Assembly: GCA_963674695.2 (NCBI GenBank)
Contig: CAXXGI010000003.1
Location: 672,001-736,000 of the forward strand
Reading direction: 5' to 3'
DNA: 64,000 nucleotides
DNA from: a bacterium
Lineage (GTDB): Bacteria > UBA10199 > 2-02-FULL-44-16 > JAAZCA01
The notes under the pieces are model-generated. The model made no database searches. It saw only the letters and a program-made list of their open reading frames with translations, and was not told the DNA's origin. Position 1 is the first letter of the stretch. Each line of letters begins with the position of its first letter. Positions 1 to 9,985 of this stretch are shown in pieces. The translations under genes and the position numbers were made by a program.

Positions 1-1
1 T

Positions 2-115
2 ATCGAAGCGGCCGTGGCCCAATCGATGCGGCGCTCCTGGTCGAATCAAAAGGACCAGCCCGCAACGGAGGCAAACGAAGTGGCGGTCGACCAAAAGAAA
101 TCTGCCAGCAGCTAA
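2..115 (+). CDS. 3' end of an unidentified CDS running in from the window edge
   Basis: Frame 2 is open from base 2 to TAA at 113-115 (IEAAVAQSMRRSW...KKSASS*); no recognisable motif. Confidence 0.35.
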   Translation: MEAAVAQSMRRSWSNQKDQPATEANEVAVDQKKSASS

Positions 116-273
116 TCCCCTTTTCCGGTGGGCATCTCCCCGCTTCCCGGCAATTGACTTTTGCCCATTCGAGCCGTATCATGAATGCACATAAGGAAGC
201 GATGTTGGCGCTCGAAACACGTTGAAATTCTATAACTGACTTTCACTCCGTTTCGCGGACATCGACAGAATTT

Positions 274-1755
274 ATGGCGCTTGAACTGAAGCAGAGTCTC
301 AGACTCTCCCAACAGCTGGTCGTAACTCCTCAGCTCCAACAGGCCATCAAGTTGCTGCAGCTCTCTCAATTGGAGCTGGCCACCCTCATCCAAAAAGAGC
401 TCACAGAAAACCCGGTGCTCGAGGACGGTGAAAACCAGGGCGATGAAGGCGGCGCTGATGAGCGCGAGGGTTCCAGCGCGGAAAAGAGCGAAAAACAGAA
501 GGAGGATGAGCGCAGCAGCGAACCGGTCATCAGCGAAGTAGGCAACTCCGACGGCGAGCTCAAAGAGCCGGAGAATTTTGACTGGGAAAACTACATGGGC
601 ATCTATAACGCGCCCGGCTATTCCTCCGAGCGCGACACGGCCCTCGATGAGAACCCCACCTACGATAACGTCATGCGCCAGGGGGAATCGCTGCACGATC
701 ACCTGCTCTGGCAGCTCCATCTGGCGAACCTCTCGCTGCAGGAACTCCGCATCGGAACCGAGATCATCGGCAACATCAACGACGACGGATATTTGCAGTC
801 CAGCGTCGAGGAGATAGCGCAGAAGACCGATTCCACTCCGGAACAGGCCGAGGCGGTGCTCGCCCTCATGCAGGAATATGACCCGATCGGTGTGGCCTCT
901 CGCGATATGCAGGAATGTCTCCTTCTGCAGGCCAAGCGCATCGGACACGACGTCGATCTGCTCTCCGTCATCATTCGAGAACACCTCTCCGACCTCGAGC
1001 GTCACAACTACGCTCCTATCGGCAAGAAGCTCGGGATCGAAATGGAAAAGGTCCGCGCGCTTGCGGACACCATCCGCGAGATGGAACCGAAGCCGGGTCG
1101 CCCGTTCAACCAGGACACGCCCCACTACATCACCCCGGATGTCTTCGTGCAGAAGGTCGGCCAGGAGTATGTCGTCACGATCAATGAAGACGGCATGCCG
1201 AAGTTGCGCATCAGCAACTTCTATCGGCGCGCGCTCATGCGTGGTTCACACGTGGCCGATCAGACGAAGGAATATATCCAGGAGCGATTGCGCGCGGCGA
1301 TGTGGCTGATCAAAAGCATCCACCAACGTCAGCGCACCCTCTACCGCGTTTCGCAGAGCATCGTAAAATTTCAGGGTGATTTTTTCGACAAGGGCATCGC
1401 CCACCTCAAGCCCCTCGTGCTCAAGGATGTTGCCGAAGATATCGAAATGCATGAATCGACTATCAGCCGCGTGACAACCAACAAATTTATGCACACGCCG
1501 CGCGGAATCTTTGAGTTGAAATTTTTCTTCAACAGCGGCGTCCATCGTCTCGAAGGAGGCGGCGTTGCCTCCGAAGCGGTCAAGTTGATCGTCAAAAAAC
1601 TCATCGAGTCGGAGGATACGCACAAGCCGCTCTCGGATCAGGAAATCGCCAACCAGCTTCGCGACCACAATGTGGACATCGCGCGCAGAACGGTGGCCAA
1701 ATACCGTGAAGCGCTCGGCATCCTTCCCTCTTCGCGGCGCCGGCGCATGGACTAG
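274..1755 (+). CDS. rpoN: RNA polymerase sigma-54 factor
   Basis: N-terminal Q/L-rich region I (LSQQLVVTPQLQQAIKLLQL), HTH (MHESTISRVT) and RpoN box (ARRTVAKYRE). Confidence 0.98.
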   Translation: MALELKQSLRLSQQLVVTPQLQQAIKLLQLSQLELATLIQKELTENPVLEDGENQGDEGGADEREGSSAEKSEKQKEDERSSEPVISEVGNSDGELKEPENFDWENYMGIYNAPGYSSERDTALDENPTYDNVMRQGESLHDHLLWQLHLANLSLQELRIGTEIIGNINDDGYLQSSVEEIAQKTDSTPEQAEAVLALMQEYDPIGVASRDMQECLLLQAKRIGHDVDLLSVIIREHLSDLERHNYAPIGKKLGIEMEKVRALADTIREMEPKPGRPFNQDTPHYITPDVFVQKVGQEYVVTINEDGMPKLRISNFYRRALMRGSHVADQTKEYIQERLRAAMWLIKSIHQRQRTLYRVSQSIVKFQGDFFDKGIAHLKPLVLKDVAEDIEMHESTISRVTTNKFMHTPRGIFELKFFFNSGVHRLEGGGVASEAVKLIVKKLIESEDTHKPLSDQEIANQLRDHNVDIARRTVAKYREALGILPSSRRRRMD

Positions 1756-1785
1756 ACCTCTTTTAACAGGAAGGATATATACCCA

Positions 1786-2094
1786 ATGACAAGCCCACTC
1801 GAAACCACATTTACGTTTCGCAACATCGAGTCGACGGATGCCCTTCGAATGCATGCGCTCGAAAAACTCGAACGCCTGCACAAGTATCTCGTCAAGCCCG
1901 CCTCCGCGCACATCATCTTCAAGGTGGAGGGGCCTCGCCACGAAGCCGAGATCACCCTCCAGCATAGCGGCGCCAGGCTCGTGGGTCACGACACGAGCAC
2001 GGACATGTATGCCTCCTTCGACGGCGCTATCGACAAGCTGAAAAAGCAGCTCTCCCGCGAAAAAGAGCGCATGAAGGGCCATAAAGGGGAATAG
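1786..2094 (+). CDS. hpf: Ribosome hibernation promoting factor (short HPF/RaiA family)
   Basis: TFRNIESTDALR, DMYASFDGAIDKLKKQL motifs; canonical position after rpoN. Confidence 0.93.
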   Translation: MTSPLETTFTFRNIESTDALRMHALEKLERLHKYLVKPASAHIIFKVEGPRHEAEITLQHSGARLVGHDTSTDMYASFDGAIDKLKKQLSREKERMKGHKGE

Positions 2095-2219
2095 TTTCAC
2101 GCCTTTTCCCCCTTGCCTTCTGCACCCTTCTGCGATAAATGCGCGCATCAGCCCGCATGGGCGCACGCGCGTATCGATGGTGCTTTACGCCCCGCGCGCA
2201 CTTCAAAAGGAATACTATT

Positions 2220-2678
2220 ATGCATCTGACCGATGTTCTCCGGTCGGACATGGTCTGGCCCACACTCGAAGCCCAGAGCAAACCCGATGTCATTCGGGAG
2301 CTGGCGCAACACATCGCCGCGATGGAACCGCTCGACGCCGCGCGCGTCGCAGAGATTCTGATGGAACGCGAGCGCCTGGGGAGCACCGGCATCCAGGACG
2401 GCATCGCCATTCCGCACGGAAAGGTTCCCGGTCTGGATCACATCGTGATCGCCTGCGGGCGATCGCCCTCCGGAATCAACTTTGATGCCCACGATGGCAA
2501 GCCGACCCATCTCTTCTTCGTCCTGCTCGCTCCGGAAAATGCGACCGGTCAGCACCTCAAGGTTCTGGCGCGACTCTCCCGCCTGCTCAAGGATGCACAT
2601 GTGCGTGAGGGCCTGCTCGAAGCACCATCCGGCGGAGCGATGTTTGAGACGCTTGCAACGGAGGACCAGAAGATCTGA
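2220..2678 (+). CDS. ptsN: PTS EIIA(Ntr)-type nitrogen regulatory protein
   Basis: RERLGSTGIQDGIAIPHG phospho-His motif, HLKVLARLSR; ATG 2220 with AAGGA upstream. Confidence 0.93.
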   Translation: MHLTDVLRSDMVWPTLEAQSKPDVIRELAQHIAAMEPLDAARVAEILMERERLGSTGIQDGIAIPHGKVPGLDHIVIACGRSPSGINFDAHDGKPTHLFFVLLAPENATGQHLKVLARLSRLLKDAHVREGLLEAPSGGAMFETLATEDQKI

Positions 2679-3643
2679 TGCTCAACATCCCCGTCATTAA
2701 ATTGCTCAAGGATACGAAGCATCGCCTTCACCTCGAACTGGCTTCCGGCGAGGCCGGTTTGGGAAAGAAGATCACGATCCCCCGCATTCAGAAACCGGGG
2801 CTCGCCCTCACAGGAGATATTTCGAATCTCCATCCGGGCCGCATCCAGATCCTCGGCCGCGCCGAAACCCGTTTCATCACCTCACTTGATCCAAAGCAAC
2901 GTCGCATCATCATCGAAAAGCTCGCCACCGTCGACATCGCCTGTTTTATCCTGACACGCGGAGCACCGTCTCCGGAACCGCTCGAAGAGGTCTGTGAGGA
3001 AACGGGCATCCCGTTGATGCGCACGAAACTCCTCACCTCGACGTTCGTCAATCGCGCAACGCGATTTCTCGAGGAATCGCTTTCCGCATCGACCTGCATG
3101 CACGGCGTGCTGCTCGACATCTTCGGCATCGGGTTTCTTATCATCGGCAAGAGCGGCATCGGCAAGAGCGAATGCGCCCTCGATCTTGTTCTGCGCGGCC
3201 ACCGCTTGGTCGCTGACGACATCGTCAACATCCGAAAAGCTCCGCCCTCCACCCTCTACGGCACGGGCTCGGAGATCATCAAACACCATATGGAAATTCG
3301 TGGTCTCGGCATCATCAACATCCGAGACCTCTTCGGTATCTCTGCGGTACGCGATCGAAAGGTGACCGAAATTGTCGTGGAACTGCTGGACTGGGATCCC
3401 GAAGCCGAATACGACCGGCTCGGCATCGACGAGCAATACTACGAGATTCTGGATGTGAAGGTCCCGTTCATCCAGATCCCCGTCCGACCTGGGCGAAACA
3501 TCTCCGCCATCATCGAAGTTGCGGCGCGAAACCATCTGATCAAGCTCGGCGGCCATCATTCGGCACGCGAATTTCAGGAAAAACTCAACGAAGCCATCAT
3601 CTCCCACGAATTTCAGAAGGATATGTGGGGACGGCTCGAATAA
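2678..3643 (+). CDS. hprK: HPr(Ser) kinase/phosphorylase
   Basis: Walker A GKSGIGKSECAL, LVADD, MEIRGLGII, PGRN motifs. Confidence 0.96.
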   Translation: MLNIPVIKLLKDTKHRLHLELASGEAGLGKKITIPRIQKPGLALTGDISNLHPGRIQILGRAETRFITSLDPKQRRIIIEKLATVDIACFILTRGAPSPEPLEEVCEETGIPLMRTKLLTSTFVNRATRFLEESLSASTCMHGVLLDIFGIGFLIIGKSGIGKSECALDLVLRGHRLVADDIVNIRKAPPSTLYGTGSEIIKHHMEIRGLGIINIRDLFGISAVRDRKVTEIVVELLDWDPEAEYDRLGIDEQYYEILDVKVPFIQIPVRPGRNISAIIEVAARNHLIKLGGHHSAREFQEKLNEAIISHEFQKDMWGRLE

Positions 3644-4065
3644 TGGTGAATACTCCTATGATCGGCATCATCGTCGTGACACATGGTAATATCGGCTGCG
3701 ATATGGTCAGCGCAGTCAAAAACATCATTCCCGAGGCCACGCACCTGACAGGCGTTGCGGTGGAATCGAACGATCCTCCAGAATCGATTCGCAGTGAAAT
3801 CGCAAATGCCATTCGTCGCGTCGATGCAGACGGCGGCATTCTGATCCTGACCGACATGTTTGGCGGAACGCCATCCAACATCTGCCTCTCCTTCTTACAG
3901 CCTTCGCGCATCGAGGTCGTCTCCGGCATCAACCTACCGATGCTGGTGAAGCTGGCGAACCTCAAGGAGGATGCTGATTTTGACAACACCGTCCGGTTCA
4001 TTCAACAGTACGGGCAACGCAATATCGTCATCGCCAGCCATATTCTATCAGGGCAAGCGCGATGA
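3643..4065 (+). CDS. PTS mannose/fructose-family EIIA subunit
   Basis: IIVVTHG, LTDMFGGTPSN, SGINLPML motifs; start could alternatively be 3658. Confidence 0.92.
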   Translation: MVNTPMIGIIVVTHGNIGCDMVSAVKNIIPEATHLTGVAVESNDPPESIRSEIANAIRRVDADGGILILTDMFGGTPSNICLSFLQPSRIEVVSGINLPMLVKLANLKEDADFDNTVRFIQQYGQRNIVIASHILSGQAR

Positions 4066-4099
4066 TGATTCGTTCACCAAAAACGATGGAGCCGATCAG

Positions 4100-4363
4100 A
4101 TGACACAATCCTTCACGATCCAGAATAAACTTGGACTTCATGCCCGCGCAGCGGCAGCGTTTGTAAAAATCGCCAACCGCTATCAGTCTGAAATAACCGT
4201 CCAGAAGGACGATGTGTCCGTGAATGGAAAGAGCATCATGGGGGTGCTCATGCTTGCCGCAGCTATGGGTAGCAATATTGAGGTCTCCGCCGATGGCGAA
4301 GACGCGGGTGATGCTCTGACCGCCCTGGGCAAGCTGATCGATGAAAAATTCGGAGAAGAGTAA
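4100..4363 (+). CDS. ptsH: Phosphocarrier protein HPr
   Basis: NKLGLHARAAA (His15) and GKSIMGVLML (Ser46). Confidence 0.95.
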   Translation: MTQSFTIQNKLGLHARAAAAFVKIANRYQSEITVQKDDVSVNGKSIMGVLMLAAAMGSNIEVSADGEDAGDALTALGKLIDEKFGEE

Positions 4364-4403
4364 GAAAACGTATCGGGGCATATGTTTCCGATTGCCCTGA
4401 TGT

Positions 4404-4488
4404 TGTCATTCCGAGCGAAGTCGAGGAATCTCTCGTATGAGGAAGATTCCTCCACGCGCTCATGCTTATTCGCTTGGTCGGAATGACA
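4404..4488. repeat. GTCA-type REP-like palindrome pair
   Basis: TGTCATTCCGAGCGAAGTCGAGGAATCT...AGATTCCTC...TCGGAATGACA. Confidence 0.85.
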
Positions 4489-4509
4489 ACACCACGGGAC
4501 CACGACTTT

Positions 4510-6303
4510 ATGAAGACACGCCGCTTCCGATCAACCGCCACCTCGCCGGGCATCGCCATTGGCAAGATCTATCGCCTGCACAATCGGGGTGCGGCCTTCA
4601 TGCGCACCTGGATCCGCGAGCAGGACGTCGACGGGGAGATCCTGCGTTTCCGCACCGCCATTCAGAAATCCAAGGAACAGCTCAGCCATATCCAAGCAAA
4701 GATGTGCCGTTTTCAGGGGGATGACCAGATCAAGATCCTGGAATCGCACCGCATGTTCCTCCAGGACGATATGTTCGTGGCCGCCACCATCACGCACGTC
4801 AGCGAATCCATGATCAACGCAGAATGGGCGTTGGACAAAACACTGGCGCACTTGAAGCTCTCGTTCCTCAATGTCGACGAGGAATATTTTCGCGAACGGC
4901 TTCAGGATATCGATTACGTGGGCCGTCGCGTCATGAATAACCTCATGGGAAGTCCCGAAATGCCGCTCTCCGAACTTCCCGCTGGTGAAATCATCCTCGT
5001 GGCTCATGACATTTCGCCCTGTGAGGTCGCGGGTATTCCTCGCGACCGCGTGCGTGGATTTGTGATGGAAGGTGGAGGCGAAACATCTCATAGCGCCATC
5101 ATCTCACGTGCGCTCGAGATCCCTGCCCTCTTCGGTCTCAAGGGAATCGTCGAGCAAGTGTCCGATGATGAGATCGCCGTCGTCGATGGCATGAAGGGAC
5201 TGCTCATCGCATCGCCACACAAGCGGGAACTGGAGCAATACCGAACGGTGCAGGAGAAATACGTCGCCCTCGAACGAATCCTCCTCCAGGACATCGACCT
5301 TCCGGCCGAAACCAAGGACGGCCACCGCATTCGCATCGATGCCAACATGGAGCTGGTCGAAGAACTCCCCAGTATCGACGAACACGGCGCGGAAGGAGTT
5401 GGTCTCTATCGCACCGAATACCTCTTCCTCAATCGCCTCGACGAACCCTCCGAGGAAGAACAACTCGCCAACTATATCGAGGTCCTCACCGCACTCGACC
5501 CACGACCGGTAACGATTCGCACCATCGATCTGGGCGGCGACAAGATCTCTCCCTCGCACAGCTACGAATCGCAGACCAACCCAGCATTAGGACTGCGCGC
5601 GATCCGCCTCTGTCTGCGCGAACTGCCGATGTTCAAGGTGCAACTGCGCGCGCTGCTGCGCGCATCGATGCACGGAAATTTGCGCATCCTCCTGCCCATG
5701 ATCTCCAGCATGGAGGAACTCACCCGCGTCAAGCGCGTGATCAGCGACGTCAAACGCGAGCTCACCACGAAGAAGATCGCGTATAACCCCGACGTCCCCG
5801 TCGGCATCATGATCGAAGTTCCTGCCGCTGCGATCATGTCGCCGGAGCTCGCGCTGGAATGCGATTTTTTCTCCATCGGCACGAACGACCTGATCCAATA
5901 CAGCTTGGCCATCGACCGTGGCAACGAACTGGTCAGCGACCTGTACAATCCCTTTCACCCTGCCGTGCTGCGCATGATCCGCATGACCGTCGATGCGGCC
6001 AAGAAGGCCAAGATCCCTGTAGCCGTCTGTGGCGAGCTGGCCGGAGAGCCGCTGGCGGTGACGCTCATGGTCGCCATGGGACTCGATTCGATCTCGATGA
6101 ACCCGATCTCCATCCCACGCATCAAGAAGCTGCTGCGCGCGATCACTCAGAGGCAGTCCAAAACACTGCTCCGGGACGTCCTCAAGCTCAAGACCGCGGG
6201 CGAGGTCGAAAATCTGCTGCGCAAGCGCACCAGCCATCTCCTCCCCGGAGAGGTGCGCCAGCTCGATATCCTGGGCGGTCAGGAGGAGAAAGTGAATGTC
6301 TAG
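4510..6303 (+). CDS. ptsI: Phosphoenolpyruvate-protein phosphotransferase (enzyme I)
   Basis: TSHSAI phospho-His, GVGLYRTE, NPALGLRAIR, MIEVP, SIGTNDLIQY, VCGE motifs; no N-terminal GAF domain. Confidence 0.96.
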   Translation: MKTRRFRSTATSPGIAIGKIYRLHNRGAAFMRTWIREQDVDGEILRFRTAIQKSKEQLSHIQAKMCRFQGDDQIKILESHRMFLQDDMFVAATITHVSESMINAEWALDKTLAHLKLSFLNVDEEYFRERLQDIDYVGRRVMNNLMGSPEMPLSELPAGEIILVAHDISPCEVAGIPRDRVRGFVMEGGGETSHSAIISRALEIPALFGLKGIVEQVSDDEIAVVDGMKGLLIASPHKRELEQYRTVQEKYVALERILLQDIDLPAETKDGHRIRIDANMELVEELPSIDEHGAEGVGLYRTEYLFLNRLDEPSEEEQLANYIEVLTALDPRPVTIRTIDLGGDKISPSHSYESQTNPALGLRAIRLCLRELPMFKVQLRALLRASMHGNLRILLPMISSMEELTRVKRVISDVKRELTTKKIAYNPDVPVGIMIEVPAAAIMSPELALECDFFSIGTNDLIQYSLAIDRGNELVSDLYNPFHPAVLRMIRMTVDAAKKAKIPVAVCGELAGEPLAVTLMVAMGLDSISMNPISIPRIKKLLRAITQRQSKTLLRDVLKLKTAGEVENLLRKRTSHLLPGEVRQLDILGGQEEKVNV

Positions 6304-6335
6304 CGGCATTTTGGCGTTTTTGTAAAACCGAAATA

Positions 6336-6406
6336 TGTCATTCCCGCGAAAGCGGGAATCTCGCTTTTTACGGTACATCGAGATCCCCGCGTTCGCGGGG
6401 ATGACA
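6336..6406. repeat. GTCA-type REP doublet
   Basis: TGTCATTCCCGCGAAAGCGGGAATCTCG...CGAGATCCCCGCGTTCGCGGGGATGACA. Confidence 0.9.
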
Positions 6407-6505
6407 AAAACAGGGGTTTGCCAGCAATCTGGACGTCTAGCGGCATTTTGACGGTTCTAAACACTCAAAACCACTGAAATGAAAGACTATTTCCACAACT
6501 CTGGC

Positions 6506-6535
6506 TTGACAGGCCGCATCTCGCGAGCATATAGT
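6506..6535 (+). promoter_or_regulatory. Putative sigma70 promoter of metK
   Basis: TTGACA (6506-6511), 18 nt spacer, TATAGT (6530-6535). Confidence 0.6.
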
Positions 6536-6574
6536 GCCGCGCTCAATCGCATTTTCAACCGAAAGGAAACAATC

Positions 6575-7744
6575 ATGTCCCCAAAAAACTATCTCTTCAC
6601 CTCTGAATCGGTCACCGAGGGCCATCCCGACAAGGTCGCCGATCAGATCTCCGACGCCGTTCTCGACGCCATCATGGCACAGGACACGAGCTGCCGCGTC
6701 GCTTGCGAAACCCTGGTCACCACCGGACTCGTGCTCGTTGCGGGCGAGGTCACGACCGACGCCTACGTCCCCATCGCCGACATCGCACGCGAGACCGTCC
6801 GTAACATCGGCTACTGCCATCATTCCATGGGCTTCGACTGGGAGACCTGCAGCGTGCTCGTCTCGCTGGGCACCCAGTCACCTGACATCTCGCAGGGCGT
6901 GACCGAAGGTGAGGGCCTCTACAAGGAACAGGGCGCGGGCGACCAAGGCATCATGTTCGGTTTTGCCTGCAACGATACGGAAGAGATGATGCCGATGCCG
7001 ATCGTGCTCGCCCACCGGTTGACAAAGGGCTTGGCTGATTTCCGTAAATCCAATCAGGTGGACTACCTTCGCCCGGACGGAAAATCGCAGGTCACGGTTC
7101 GTTATGAAGACAATAAGCCCGTGCACATCGATACGGTCGTACTCTCCACCCAGCACGCACCTGAGGTCACACACGAAGAACTCGAGAAGACGCTCATCGA
7201 GCGGCTCATCAAACCAGCGCTTCCGGGAAATCTTTTGACCAATGAGACCCGTTTCCTGGTCAACCCGACCGGTCGTTTCGTCATGGGGGGCCCGCACGCT
7301 GACTGCGGACTCACCGGCCGGAAGATCATTGTCGATACCTACGGCGGCCAGGGCAGCCACGGCGGCGGCGCCTTCTCGGGCAAGGATCCGTCGAAGGTCG
7401 ATCGCAGCGCCTCCTACATGGCGCGCTACATCGCCAAGAACATCGTCGCAGCGGGTCTGGTCGATCGCTGTGAAGTCCAGCTGGCCTACGCCATCGGTTT
7501 TGCGGAGCCGGTCTCGATTCTCGTCAACGGCTTCGGCACCGCCAAGGTCGAACACGACAAGCTCCTGACGGCCGTCCGCGAGATCTTCCCGCTCAAGCCC
7601 GCCGCGATCATCAAGCACCTCGACCTGAAGCGCCCCATCTATCAGAAGACGGCCGCCTACGGCCACTTCGGCCGAAACGACCCGGACTTCACCTGGGAGC
7701 GCGCCGACAAGGTCGACGACCTGCGCCGGATGCTGAACCTGTAG
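6575..7744 (+). CDS. metK: S-adenosylmethionine synthetase
   Basis: [28 protein letters not shown] motifs; AAGGA RBS. Confidence 0.98.
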   Translation: MSPKNYLFTSESVTEGHPDKVADQISDAVLDAIMAQDTSCRVACETLVTTGLVLVAGEVTTDAYVPIADIARETVRNIGYCHHSMGFDWETCSVLVSLGTQSPDISQGVTEGEGLYKEQGAGDQGIMFGFACNDTEEMMPMPIVLAHRLTKGLADFRKSNQVDYLRPDGKSQVTVRYEDNKPVHIDTVVLSTQHAPEVTHEELEKTLIERLIKPALPGNLLTNETRFLVNPTGRFVMGGPHADCGLTGRKIIVDTYGGQGSHGGGAFSGKDPSKVDRSASYMARYIAKNIVAAGLVDRCEVQLAYAIGFAEPVSILVNGFGTAKVEHDKLLTAVREIFPLKPAAIIKHLDLKRPIYQKTAAYGHFGRNDPDFTWERADKVDDLRRMLNL

Positions 7745-7763
7745 AGAGTTTGCCATCAATCTC

Positions 7764-7798
7764 GGCCCACCCGTCAAAAGCGGGTGGGCCTTTTTTTT
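7764..7798 (+). terminator. Rho-independent terminator after metK
   Basis: GGCCCACCCG-loop-CGGGTGGGCC followed by T8. Confidence 0.9.
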
Positions 7799-7843
7799 CG
7801 TCGAACTGGACTTTTCCGTCCCGAATGATAGAAAATAGTCACG

Positions 7844-8479
7844 ATGGCCACGAAGATTACCCAGCGCAAAAAACCCCACTATGTCCTCATCATCGAGGAC
7901 AACACCCATCACGCGGAACTCATCACCGAGGTGCTCGATCGCCATTTTGCCCCGGTCATCATCCACACCGTGGATACCACCGAAGACGGCATCGATTTCC
8001 TTCAGCAATCCGCCTACGATCTCGTCGTCGCCGGCGGCATCGTGGGCGGAAATCCGATTACTTCATTCATAAAGGACCTGGTGCGCCTGGCAGGAAAAGC
8101 CCCTTTTATCGTCATCTCCGGACGTGGGGATGAACGTTTGGCCGCTGATATCATCAAGCGGGGAGCCACGGAATACCTGACCAAGACCCAGGAGACGCTT
8201 GAACACCTGGCGTCGATCTTTGAACGCCATATGCGCACCACCCGTGGGGGACGACGACACAAGGCGGGCACTCCAAAGGGGACGCAAACCGCCAAAGCCC
8301 CCTCTCCGAGCGAGTTGATCCAGGAGGTCGATCGCCTCACCCAGCAAGCGTTGGCGATTGCCGGTCCCCGGCGTCGCAAGGGCGGAGGAGCCCCCTCCGA
8401 CATCGATCAACTCGACCGCCTTCTCAGCCAGATTCAGCGTTTGCGCGATCTGGCCGCCAAGATGAAGATCAAGGAGTAG
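7844..8479 (+). CDS. Atypical response regulator (pseudo-receiver plus basic linker and helical C-terminus)
   Basis: VLIIEDN, IVISG, EYLTK receiver motifs; phosphoacceptor Asp position reads DLVVAG. Confidence 0.8.
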   Translation: MATKITQRKKPHYVLIIEDNTHHAELITEVLDRHFAPVIIHTVDTTEDGIDFLQQSAYDLVVAGGIVGGNPITSFIKDLVRLAGKAPFIVISGRGDERLAADIIKRGATEYLTKTQETLEHLASIFERHMRTTRGGRRHKAGTPKGTQTAKAPSPSELIQEVDRLTQQALAIAGPRRRKGGGAPSDIDQLDRLLSQIQRLRDLAAKMKIKE

Positions 8480-8616
8480 TATCGGGGCGTCAAACCCCCA
8501 TAAGCGCCCGACGACCCCCCAAACTCGTGTCCTCACCTCATCATCCCCTACCCGTCGGTTTCCTCGAATAGTCCGTTTTTTCAGCACAATAGCATTTCTA
8601 CCCTGCCCCTCTCTTC

Positions 8617-8632
8617 TGGCAAAGATCTTGCA
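8617..8632 (+). promoter_or_regulatory. Sigma54 (-24/-12) promoter
   Basis: TGGCAAAGATCTTGCA, GG-N10-GC spacing, about 50 nt upstream of ATG 8684. Confidence 0.8.
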
Positions 8633-8683
8633 TTACTTCTCAGCGGAGCCCCCCTATGAGGGCCAAACCGAAGGAGGATGTTC

Positions 8684-8950
8684 ATGGCCGGCCAGCGCAT
8701 TGAACGCACCGAAGGCGATATTTTCAGCGTCATCCAGGAACTGGAACGACGCCGAGCCGATGAACAACAGCCCGCTCCAGAGGCATCTGAGGCACCGCAG
8801 GTCGAACCCGAGGTGCTGCTCAGCGAGCTGCGGGAGAAGAAGGCCCTACTGGATCACCTGGGGGGATATACCTCGGTCGAGGATATGCAGCAGAAGCTCA
8901 CCGATGCCATCGTCGATCTGGAGGAAATCATCGGCCTGACATCGGGTTAG
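8684..8950 (+). CDS. Small acidic helical hypothetical protein (88 aa)
   Basis: AGGAGG RBS 6 nt before ATG; host-like codon usage. Confidence 0.75.
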   Translation: MAGQRIERTEGDIFSVIQELERRRADEQQPAPEASEAPQVEPEVLLSELREKKALLDHLGGYTSVEDMQQKLTDAIVDLEEIIGLTSG

Positions 8951-8980
8951 GGGAAACCGGTTCCCTGGAACCATAAAGGA

Positions 8981-9655
8981 ATGGTTGATGTTATGAGCAA
9001 AACAGAGCTAAATACAAAGGTATCTACAATTCGCCCACGCGATGAGGCCACGGAGCCGAAAACGCCGGGCACGCAAGAAGAACCCATTTCGATCCTGGGG
9101 GACAGCTACCAGGACGGCACGGGAAATGCCTTCAAGGGGCTCGTCGATGGACAACCCTCATTCAAGGCTGAGGCGATCGAGCCGGCGCTCATCGGCGAGC
9201 TGATCGAATATGCCGATAATGCGAGTGCCTCCGACGGAAAAGATCCGATGCAAGCCCTCTTGGGTTCGATGATGTTCGACGGCCTGGGCGGGATCCGCAG
9301 CGGACAGAGCCTGCACTCAACGGGAGAAATACCCTATGTCCCTGATCTTGTTCAGGATATCTTTCGCACCGATCCGGGACAGCAGCTCGAGATGCTGCCC
9401 GTCGTGGAGCGCTATGTCGGCCTGGAGCAGATGATCACCGCGCTGATCAAGGAGACCGAGCTCTCGCTCCACCCGCGAAACGCCAGCAACATGACCACGC
9501 TCGAGATCCGCGATCGGGGCCAACACCTGCGCGAACTCAATGAGGCGCTCTGCACCTGCCGCGAGCAGCTCCAGAAAGCCCGCTATTACAACAGCTGGGA
9601 CAAGGCCGACCGGGCCGCGGCCTATCGCGAAGACTATCCGGAACTCTTCGATTGA
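8981..9655 (+). CDS. Hypothetical protein with helical C-terminal half
   Basis: 224-aa ORF following 8684 gene; start may be 8993. Confidence 0.75.
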   Translation: MVDVMSKTELNTKVSTIRPRDEATEPKTPGTQEEPISILGDSYQDGTGNAFKGLVDGQPSFKAEAIEPALIGELIEYADNASASDGKDPMQALLGSMMFDGLGGIRSGQSLHSTGEIPYVPDLVQDIFRTDPGQQLEMLPVVERYVGLEQMITALIKETELSLHPRNASNMTTLEIRDRGQHLRELNEALCTCREQLQKARYYNSWDKADRAAAYREDYPELFD

Positions 9656-9934
9656 AGAGACCGCTAAAGAGTCCTATGCGCCGCCGCGAGGGGAAATCAG
9701 AACAAGCTTCATCTGTGAAGCCCGGGAGGCGGCAGAAAAGCTCCCGATTTGAGATATGCCGTACGTTACGAGAACCTGATCTCCCCACCCTCTTCCGATC
9801 AATGCTGGTGACTTCTTCCCCCAACAGGCGACTCATCCCCACAGTTTATATGCCCCCACCCGCACGACAACGGAACATTGCCATATTTTATCAATAAATA
9901 CAGACACTTAAAAAAGCTCTCTACAGCCCCCCGT

Positions 9935-9950
9935 TGGCAACGTTCTTGCA
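9935..9950 (+). promoter_or_regulatory. Sigma54 (-24/-12) promoter
   Basis: TGGCAACGTTCTTGCA, GG-N10-GC, about 35 nt before ATG 9986, preceded by an AT-rich tract. Confidence 0.82.
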
Positions 9951-9985
9951 ATACCTCATGCTGGGGAAACACTCACGAGGGAATA

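Noticed and set aside
112-1125. Long antisense ORFs such as 112-1125, 6878-8008, 18506-19654, 28003-29121, 59604-60980
   Set aside because: Shadow frames of well-supported genes in GC-rich DNA; no motifs of their own
6440-6574. SAM riboswitch upstream of metK
   Set aside because: Predicted promoter leaves only about 35 nt of leader and no SAM-I/II consensus is visible
9860-9930. IHF sites upstream of the sigma54 promoters
   Set aside because: AT-rich ATCAA-containing tracts are present but do not match WATCAANNNNTTR fully
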